Shown here: positions 55,917-64,000 of the stretch, in pieces
Layout: the number at the start of each line of letters is the position of its first letter
How positions within the stretch are numbered: the stretch's first letter is position 1
Assembly (NCBI GenBank): GCA_964016885.1
Contig: OZ024748.1
Location: forward strand, 21,266,001 to 21,330,000
From: Eledone cirrhosa
Taxonomy: Eukaryota
Length of the DNA: 64,000 bases
Direction of reading: 5' to 3'
Program-made: the position numbers and the translations under genes
Notes under the pieces: model-generated
What the model was told of the DNA's origin: nothing
Database searches by the model: none
Seen by the model: only the letters and a program-made list of their open reading frames with translations

Positions 55917-57281
55917 AGAGAACTGAAGAAAATGATTGCACATGCGGTAGGGGCCAGCATAAAATTAACCCTTAAGGAACATATGTTCAAATTTAATGGT
56001 AAAACATATGCCCAAGAGGAAGGAGCAGCCATTGGTGTTAGCATTGCAGGCAACATAGCTAACTTATTCATGGTATGGTGGGACAGTAGACTTAAACAAA
56101 AACTTAATGAACAATTAGAAGACAGCTTAACCCTGATAATGTACTCCCGCTACGTAGATGATATAAACATCGTAGTTAAGACACCCCCACTAAAGAACAG
56201 TCAGGAACTAGAGAAAAACACAATGGAAAGCATCCAGCAAATAGCAAACTCCATCCACCAGAGCATTAGAGTTACTATAGACTACCCAAGTAGACACCCC
56301 AACCATCGATTACCTGTACTAGACACAGAGCTCTGGTTAGATACCATTAACAACCAAAAACAAATCCTCCATTCCCATTATGCCAAACCCATGACTTCCA
56401 AACATCTGATCCACCGAAACTCGGCCATTTCGGACCATACCAAAATCAACATACTGATTGCGGATTTGGTACGGGTGATGAGAAATGTGTCCCGCATGTG
56501 CAACCCCGAAGAACTAGAGAGACACATACAACACTTCATCCACCGTATGCAGTTCTCTGGCTACAATCAGAGAGATAGAATCAGAGTGTATAAAGGAGCC
56601 AGAACCAAATGGGAAAAAATGGTAAATAATGACATAAATGGGACCTGCCCCTTGTATAGGAGCAAATTTTGGAATAGAATAGAAAGAACTAGGAACAAGG
56701 CCAATAGAATAAACTCATGGTATGATAGCAATAAATACCAGAGTGTAATGTTCATCAATACAACCCCTAGAGGCGAACTAGCCTACAAATTTAGAAGGGC
56801 CCTAAATAAACATAATCTCAATATTAAGATAGTAGAAAGACCTGGTACCTCCGTAAAAACACTTATTAGCAAGACATACCCGTTCCAAAGACCCTCATGT
56901 ATAGATAAGAAATGTATAACCTGTAAAATAAGCCCCCATATTAACTGTAAAACTAGAAATGTAGTGTATAGCATAAGATGTACTGAAGGACAATGTAGAA
57001 ACAAAAATATAGTGTACATAGGTGAGACAGCTCGTAGTATAGGGGAACGAATAAATGAACACTGGCGAGACCTCCAAGATAATAAAGAATCATCTGTGCT
57101 CTACCAACATGCTAAGATAGAACACAGGGGTAGATTAGAGAGCATAGAAATAAAAATAGAATCCACGCACAGAAAAGACGCAATGTTTAGGAAAATTACA
57201 GAGGCAGTAAGCATAAAAGAATTTAAACCAAAATTAAATAGAAAATATGAGTGGAACAGCAACATCACAACTTACAATTAA
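55917..57281 (+). CDS. PLE polyprotein, N-terminally truncated: RT (motifs 4-7, thumb) plus C-terminal GIY-YIG endonuclease with Cys/His motifs
   Basis: FKFNGKTYAQEEGAAIG..ANLFM..WD, RYVDD, LPVLD, CxxC linker, VVY..C..C..YIGETARSIGERINEH..H...H, E..I...KPKLN. The first ~29 codons of ORF 55830.. are read from the inverted pLTR and are not genuine. Confidence 0.92.
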   Translation, partial: RELKKMIAHAVGASIKLTLKEHMFKFNGKTYAQEEGAAIGVSIAGNIANLFMVWWDSRLKQKLNEQLEDSLTLIMYSRYVDDINIVVKTPPLKNSQELEKNTMESIQQIANSIHQSIRVTIDYPSRHPNHRLPVLDTELWLDTINNQKQILHSHYAKPMTSKHLIHRNSAISDHTKINILIADLVRVMRNVSRMCNPEELERHIQHFIHRMQFSGYNQRDRIRVYKGARTKWEKMVNNDINGTCPLYRSKFWNRIERTRNKANRINSWYDSNKYQSVMFINTTPRGELAYKFRRALNKHNLNIKIVERPGTSVKTLISKTYPFQRPSCIDKKCITCKISPHINCKTRNVVYSIRCTEGQCRNKNIVYIGETARSIGERINEHWRDLQDNKESSVLYQHAKIEHRGRLESIEIKIESTHRKDAMFRKITEAVSIKEFKPKLNRKYEWNSNITTYN

Positions 57282-57481
57282 GGACAAAATGAAAACACAC
57301 ACACACATAGAACAAACAACCAACCAACAATAAATAAATAAACAAATAGAAAAATGAACACAAACACACACAGACACCCGGATGTGGCACATGCGCAAAC
57401 TGAGCACACAACACACACACAGAAACAAAATGGCGTAGGATAGAAGAAAGAAAAGGCACAGAAACGAAGAAAGGAATCCCC

Positions 57482-57526
57482 AGTCACTGAAGAGGTCACA
57501 GAGTGTGTGACGAAAGGACTATGACT
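57482..57526 (+). ncRNA. Minimal hammerhead ribozyme motif in pLTR (mirror copy at 55763-55807, minus strand)
   Basis: AGTCA-CTGAAGA-G-GTCACA-gagtg-TGTGAC-GAAA-ggac-TA-TGACT. Confidence 0.75.
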
Positions 57527-57748
57527 ATATATATAAACAACTATCTGGTTGTGGAACCAACCAACCAACCAGAAATTTATAGGTTTGTAGATTTGTAAAT
57601 TTATAAATTTATAAATATATAATAAATTGAAGTGAAAGCAACTGGTGCGTGTGTTTCTTATTGGCAGCATGACCCTCCCAAAGTATAGCAATATCGGTTT
57701 CAACACACGATTTCAGATAAAGAATCTTGCTAAACAAATTCAGAAACG

Positions 57749-57857
<109 letters not shown>

Positions 57858-57993
57858 ATTCACCACCTTCCCCTACCACCAGAAAACATATAAATACCAC
57901 CATATCACAATGACAGTTGGTTTTCCTGATGATTTCATTCGAGACAGTCTAGTCCTGTAGAAGCCATTTCTCTCCCCTCTCTCTCTCTTTCTT

Positions 57994-58045
<52 letters not shown>

Positions 58046-58409
58046 ATATAAGATCAAAAGATGGTTAAAAGAGCTCCATGTATTTTATTATGCGCATTTC
58101 AAAAACAAATATCATCATGGGATGATATTTGCGTTCTCATCAGATAAAATAGGGAGACATAATATGAAGCTTAAAAAACACTTGCGAGCAGTGAAGTGTT
58201 AAATCAACATATGAAAAATAAAATAAGATAGATATATGAGATTGGGAAAAAAGAGAAGGAAGGGGCAAGAAAAAAAAAATATATATATATATATTTTTTT
58301 TTTATATATATATATGTATATATATATAGGAACGAGTAGGACCCCGAGGGCTGAGCTCAAGCCGTTTCGACGGCTAATTCTGGACTACTAGTATATATAT
58401 ATGTATATA

Positions 58410-58454
<45 letters not shown>

Positions 58455-58456
<2 letters not shown>

Positions 58457-59009
58457 TATTTTCCGTTGTGTTGTAATATAAATATTACACACAGTAGATT
58501 GACAGCTCACGTAGAGTTTGCTCGACGGTTCCAGTTGTAGTTCCAAAAGTAATCCGGCGAAAAATAGAAAGATTTGAATGGATACAGTTTAGTTGAAAGG
58601 AATTTATTGACACGTGTTTCTATAACAGTTACCTAACCTGAAAACGGCTGCTATCTACAAAGTTTTAGTTATGCAGACATTCAATATTTCAATGTTATTA
58701 TTTACTGTCATTTCATAGAGGTGTGCAAACATATCCGTGTGCGAATGCGTGGGCGAAAGGTTTTGTGTTTGCACTTAATTAACATTCAGACTTGGATTTT
58801 TCTTTCGAGTGTGCGTGTCCTTTCGCCCACGCATTCGCACACGGATATGTTTGCACACCTCTATGAAATGACAGTAAATAATAACATAGAAATATTGAAT
58901 GTCTGCATAACTAAAACTTTGTAGATAGCAGCCGTTTTCAGGTTATGTAACTGTTATAGAAACACGTGTCAATAAATTCCTTTCAACTAAACTGTATCCT
59001 TTCAAATCT

Positions 59010-59014
<5 letters not shown>
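58455..59014 (-). mobile_element. Fold-back element F6 in (TA)n: ~195-bp arms (~58564-58759 / 58819-59014), ~60-bp spacer, ~110-nt tail on the left
   Basis: Arms are reverse complements with few mismatches; GAAAC-ACGT-GTC-AATAAA resembles a hammerhead 3' half plus polyA signal. Confidence 0.85.
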
Positions 59015-59061
<47 letters not shown>

Positions 59062-59264
59062 CGAAGGAAATGTGGTAAGGAACCAGGTGGACCATAACGC
59101 ACCAAAGTACTCAATACCAGTAGTCCAGAATTAGCTGTCGAAACGGCTTGAGCTCAGCCGTCGGGGTCCCACTCGTTCTTATTACCCACTCTACTACCCT
59201 AAGTATTGAGTACTTTGGTGCGTTATGGTCCACCTGGTTCCTTACCACATTTCCTTCGTTATAT

Positions 59265-59328
<64 letters not shown>

Positions 59329-59645
59329 AAAATCTGTCATAGACCTTACTGATAATCCAATGTCATAATAAGGTGGTGCAGGAACTTCGGTGTGTCTAAG
59401 AAGGTAAAGAATCTAAGATTTAGTGATGGTAAGACAAACGGTAGGCCGTGTGTTTAATATAACGAACAAAGACGTATTTGGTTAAAACTGAGAATATTAG
59501 TTTGTTAAACTAATATTTTTAGTTATTTTTGTCTTTGTTCTTGCTCTTTAGCGTTAAACTAATATATATATATATTCATTATACCCTATAGTTAGCTTTG
59601 TTGTTTACCGTTTACTTTCCGCATACATACATATATATGTATACG

Positions 59646-59678
<33 letters not shown>

Positions 59679-59679
59679 G

Positions 59680-59762
<83 letters not shown>

Positions 59763-59872
59763 TTGTGAGTGTTTGTATGAATATATGTGTGTCTATGTGT
59801 GTGTCTGTATGTGTGTGTGGTTTTGTGTGAGTGTGTTTATGCATGTATATATATATATACATACATACATAC

Positions 59873-59998
<126 letters not shown>

Positions 59999-60438
59999 CA
60001 GCGAGAATCGTATTTCGGCTGGTAGAAAAGGCGAAACGAAACGCAAAATCGTAAAAATGCTGGCAAGCGCTCAATATGTTAAAACGCCATACAAACTGAA
60101 AAAGTCGTTAAGAAGGCATTAACCACCTAAGCCAAAAAACAAAGCTAAACATGTCAAACAAAATAAATGATAAAAACAGACCTGGACCCAAATGGAATTG
60201 ATGGTAAAATCCAAATGCAGGGTTTCTATGACACCTAAATCAATAATACTGTCTGCTTAAAACTTTAAGCTTCCAGCATAAAGATCGAACAAGGAATATC
60301 ACGTTATCAACAGGTAATTTTGCTCTGTAACCAACTTTGTGAGTGACGCAGTGACGCATATGCGTAAGTCACAAGGGGAATTTCCCCAGATTTTGGCAAA
60401 TGAATTCAGTATGTGTATATCATACAAAAAATGTGTAT

Positions 60439-60496
<58 letters not shown>

Positions 60497-60529
60497 ATAT
60501 ATATATATGATATAAGAATTATATATAAT

Positions 60530-60600
<71 letters not shown>

Positions 60601-60603
<3 letters not shown>

Positions 60604-61015
60604 AAGAGGCGGATGGGTCTGAGACTTGGACACTGACCAAGAGACTCACTCAGATGGTGGATGGGTGCTACACGAGAATGCTGAGGATGGCTCTGAACAT
60701 TAATCAGTTTACACTGAGGATGAAAAACTCAGAGCTGTATGGGAGCATCCCAAAAGTCAGCTCAAAAGTGACACAGAGAAGACTGAGGTTGGCTGGACAT
60801 GCTCACCGACGTCCGGAGTTGACATTGCACTCAGTGCTCCTTTGGGAGCCCCTACATGGACACACTAGAAGAGGAAGACCAAGGTTAACATATGTTGATG
60901 CCCTAAGGACAGACACTGGTCTGTTGGAGATGCAGGATATGGCAGCGATAATGAGGGACAGAGACCGCTGGAGAGAACTCGTCCATGGATCTCGGGAATT
61001 TTACCCGCCTTAGAT

Positions 61016-61020
<5 letters not shown>
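60601..61020 (+). mobile_element. RTE-type LINE 3' fragment in (TA)n
   Basis: ETWTLTK..DGCYTRMLRMALN..RRLRLAGH..LLWEP..RRGRPRLTYVD..DRDRWR. Confidence 0.88.
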
Positions 61021-61082
<62 letters not shown>

Positions 61083-61306
61083 ATTATATATAATTCTTTT
61101 TAAATCTTTTTAATTGTAATACTCAACATTTGATAAGATGGATTTCACTGATACATCGGAACCGGTTATATTTCATATTTTTTATATACATTATAAAACT
61201 CTTTTTTTTTTAAGAATTGTCCCTCTCATTTTTTCAATAATGTCACTTTCACGAATCAAAGAAGAAAAAAAGAAAAACAGATCCTTAAATATATTATCCG
61301 TGCTTT

Positions 61307-61331
<25 letters not shown>

Positions 61332-61356
<25 letters not shown>

Positions 61357-61709
61357 AAGTTATATTTAAAAATTGTTGGGTTACAACTAGTAAATATATA
61401 TTTATCTATAAAACTGTTTATATTGTATTTTGTCTGATGAAGGCATAGCATATTGTTAATATGATATCCCCGAAATATATATAATGAAATAAATATGGTT
61501 TTATAAATGTAGTTTTCCATTTATTTAATATTGTATATATATATATATATATTTATATATATACCATGATTAAATCTTAACCATTTAACATCTCAGGGTA
61601 TGTCATGTATCATTTTATTTTATCTGATGAGGACGTACTGTTGTACCTCTGAAGTATGTATAATAAAATTTAATTGATCACAAGAACATCTATTTTATTA
61701 ATATTTGTA

Positions 61710-61715
<6 letters not shown>
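61332..61715. mobile_element. Two diverged F4-like pLTR fragments with hammerhead-like cores
   Basis: tttgt-CTGATGA-agg..cc-GAAAT-atatataat at ~61425-61490 and ttttat-CTGATGA-gg..-GAAGT-atgtataataaaa at ~61615-61670. Confidence 0.6.
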
Positions 61716-61803
<88 letters not shown>

Positions 61804-61910
61804 GTTTCGGTATTGTAACGTCAAGTTATTGTTGGTTCACCAAAATGACCACTCGATGTGTAGTTTCCAGTATGTACTTTGGGGTTGTCCTAAGCAGACT
61901 TTAATAGTAA

Positions 61911-62030
61911 TAATTGTTTCTACTTTTGGCACAAGACCAGCAAATAACCAGTGTATTACTGGTACTTTATTTTATCGACCCCGTAAGGATGAAAGGCAAA
62001 GTTAAGCCCGGCGTGATTTGAACTCAGAAT
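61911..62030 (-). mobile_element. 5'-truncated SINE S1
   Basis: Core matches; aatagtaataat is repeated on both sides as a probable TSD. Confidence 0.85.
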
Positions 62031-62238
62031 AGTAATAATAAGTATGAATGAGGTGTCGAGGCTCACCAGACTTCTGTTTGCTTAATGACAGAAGCTTGAT
62101 GAGCTTTTGATTCCAGAGTGGGTCCCATCGATAGAGATCGAACCTTGATCTGATCAATTGCGAAACGAGCGTCGCACCTGAATAAACTGAATCATAATTT
62201 GACACCTCGTCCACTCTTATTATTACTATATATATATA

Positions 62239-63050
62239 TATATTAAGTGTAAGGAATTCTTTTACAATGGAATTAGCTCGAAAGGAAATATTCCTGAGCC
62301 GTGTATAAAAGTAATATATATGAGTAATATATATGATGAAACAGATACCAACATATCTGTATTTATATTGCAAAAGAAAGTTAGCCAGACTGAAGAATAT
62401 TAATTATTTTACCACAGTTCGTCCACATCGATTTAAAATAATAATAATAATAATAATAATAAATCGACAAAAACTAGCTGTGCCGCCAAATGGCTATGAT
62501 GTTTATACATATTTAAATTTCAAAGTCAAACCTGTTCAGTAGATAAGTTTAAACCTCAAAATCCAAACATGTTTCGAGATGGATACGTGTATAAGTGTAG
62601 GAATATCTTGCCACTGCTCTCCTCAGTAAACATCCAGAGACAATTGATAAGCTTCACTTCTAAATAATTTAAAATAATTTAAAAGACTGTGTGACGCACA
62701 TGGGTTCACAGATTCAGGCTAGTCTCATAACCGTACTGCTAGAAATAACAGTCGTATATATGAGGCGAATTTTAGCTCGACGAAGAGCCGTTATATTAAG
62801 TGTAAGGAATTCTTTTACAATGGAATTAGCTCGAAAGGAAATATTCCTGAGCCGTGTATAAAAGTAATATATATGAGTAATATATATGATGAAACAGATA
62901 CCAACATATCTGTATTTATATTGCAAAAGAAAGTTAGCCAGACTGAAGAATATTAATTATTTTACCACAGTTCGTCCACATCGATTTAAAATAATAATAA
63001 TAATAATAATAATAAATCGACAAAAACTAGCTGTGCCGCCAAATGGCTAT
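62239..63050. repeat. ~259-bp direct repeat pair (62239-62497, 62792-63050) around ~295 bp of unique sequence
   Basis: Identical ORF translations in both copies. Confidence 0.95.
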
Positions 63051-63647
63051 ATATATATATACATACGTACATACATATATATATATGTGTGTGTGTGTTA
63101 TATATATATATACGCACACACACATACATATTGTAATATCTTATATTATATTACATTATAATATAATATATTATATTATATTATATTATGTTACACTACG
63201 AAGTGGTATCTGATCGTCTGCTTCTTGGCATAACTGTATAAACTCGTTAACATTTCGATGGCAGACAGTTATCGCCAGCTTCATAAACTTATCGAAATCG
63301 GATTACTGACCATTCACTGCCGTTCGACGAGTTGACTAACTTAACTAAGTTTTAGCAACGACACTTTAGTTCAACGTACATACGTAAGCATATCTTGTCC
63401 CTATCCTTCGTCTCTTATTCAACGCTTTTATTATTTATATATGATCAATAATAATCATTGTGAATGACAGGCCGACGATATAGTTCTTCAACAGACAGTA
63501 CAATGTCTTATTGTATGTAGTTTGAAGCTAAATAAATGTCTAGAGATGTGTGATGTGTGATGTGTGTGTCTGTGGATGCATCTGTCTCTGTCAGTTTGTG
63601 TGTCTGTGGCCGTGTTTGTGTGTGTATGTGTGTCAGAGAGAGGGAGA

Positions 63648-63701
<54 letters not shown>

Positions 63702-63822
63702 TTTGTGTCTGTATGTGTGTATGTGTGTGTGGATGTGTCTGTCTGTTTGTGTGTCTCTGTGTGTGTTTATAAGTGCGTCTGCGTGTGAGAGAGTTTGTGT
63801 CTGTGTGTGTGTGTCTGTGACA

Positions 63823-63912
<90 letters not shown>

Positions 63913-64000
63913 GTCTGTATGTGTGTATGTGTGTGTGGATGTGTCTGTCTGTTTGTGTGTCTCTGTGTGTGTTTATAAGTGCGTCTGTGTGTGAGAGAGA

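Noticed and set aside
55917-57480. Selenoprotein recoding or SECIS, reported for some Naiad PLEs
   Set aside because: No in-frame TGA in the retained ORF, and the ATGAA motifs in the A/C-rich 3' UTR cannot form a SECIS helix by eye; the missing 5' part cannot be judged.
62085-62185. Hammerhead-like TTGATGAG...CGAAAC-GAGC-GTC
   Set aside because: Core altered, no convincing stem I or II, and the interior resembles an inverted SINE head.

Overview
Non-genic eukaryotic DNA that is extremely rich in microsatellites, (TA)n, (CA)n, (GA)n, (GATA)n and (CAA/CAG)n. Repeat content suggests an octopus-like cephalopod, which is an inference. I found no convincing host gene, and nearly all ORFs in the track are microsatellite read-throughs. 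Real coding remnants are all transposable elements: a young 5'-truncated Penelope-like element (PLE; RT + GIY-YIG, Naiad-like) with inverted pseudo-LTRs; two further PLE endonuclease remnants missed by the ORF track; a head-to-tail stack of Tx1/L1-type LINEs joined through (GATA)n; two RTE LINE 3' ends; and an internally deleted Hsmar2-like mariner. There are also hAT MITEs and many tRNA-derived SINEs. The main signal is a recurring architecture shared by at least six unrelated sequence families: (TA)n - inverted arm - [variable core] - direct arm - unpaired 60-110 nt tail - (TA)n. The arms often carry minimal type-I hammerhead ribozyme motifs and have reproducible end points. The PLE at 55.6-57.8 kb has the same architecture, which links these palindromes to PLE retrotransposition into TA microsatellites. 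All alignments and folds were done by eye, so coordinates may be off by a few bases and clade names are motif-based.
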